Shown piece after piece: positions 23,819 through 24,000 of a DNA stretch of 24,000 nt. Under the pieces are notes generated by a model. It was not told the DNA's origin, did not search any database, and saw nothing but the letters and a program-made list of their open reading frames with translations. Both the position numbers and the translations under genes were made by a program. The DNA is from Promethearchaeota archaeon (GTDB lineage Archaea > Asgardarchaeota > Lokiarchaeia > Sigyniarchaeales > SOKP01), in contig SDNY01000009.1 of the NCBI GenBank assembly GCA_004524535.1, positions 25,285 to 49,284 on the forward strand. The letters run 5' to 3'. Numbering within the stretch: the stretch's first letter is position 1; every line of letters starts with the position of its first letter.

Positions 23819-24000
23819 ATATTTTTTAATTATTTCTTTTTTATTTAATTTGATAATTTTTAATTTACCTTCATCGACAAAAATATTTATAGTTATTGGA
23901 ATTTAGATTAAATCACGCTTTTCTTAAACAATAAACTTAAATTCGCCTAAATCTCTATTTTAATTAATAAACTAATTAAATTTAAAGGAGGAATGATATG

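Noticed and set aside
1-24000. CRISPR arrays, rRNA genes, transposases or IS elements
   Set aside because: I looked for regularly spaced direct repeats, GC-rich structured-RNA islands other than the two tRNAs, and DDE/serine/tyrosine recombinase motifs in all long ORFs. None were seen.
23985-24000. Start of another gene (GGAGG SD at 23985-23989, ATG at 23998-24000)
   Set aside because: Only the start codon lies inside the window, so no product can be supported. It is mentioned only as context for the RHH/wHTH module.

Overview
This is a strongly AT-rich archaeal chromosomal window. The archaeal markers are transcription factor B, archaeosine tRNA-guanine transglycosylase, Trm5, a Fap7/AK6-type kinase, and a tRNA with a canonical 37/38 intron. 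I support 23 protein-coding genes (one truncated at the left edge) and 2 tRNA genes, tRNA-Arg(UCU) and an intron-containing tRNA-Ile(GAU). I saw no rRNA, CRISPR array, transposase or integrase. All product calls rest on motifs I recognise by eye, because no database search was possible. The composition, the Roadblock/LC7 gene and the many large lysine/asparagine/isoleucine-rich orphan proteins resemble Asgard (Loki-like) genomes, but this lineage guess is weak. Recognisable blocks are: (i) a co-directional translation-apparatus cluster on the minus strand, tRNA-Ile, Fap7-like kinase, ArcTGT, DUF371, Trm5; (ii) two tandem paralogous B12-binding radical SAM enzymes; (iii) a housekeeping run of TFB, a gamma-CA-like LbH protein, a NIF3-like protein and a HIT protein. 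The best candidate for something undescribed is a translationally coupled pair of giant (768 and 805 aa), apparently all-helical proteins with no recognisable domain. They are transcribed divergently from the Roadblock/LC7 gene and followed by a small membrane protein and a convergent stand-alone RecB/Cas4-type PD-(D/E)xK nuclease next to tRNA-Arg. Other points of interest are an orphan Flp/Tad-type pilin gene, the unusual pre-tRNA-Ile architecture, the uncharacterised radical SAM pair with its divergent 464-aa orphan, and two enzyme homologues whose metal-ligand histidines are replaced.
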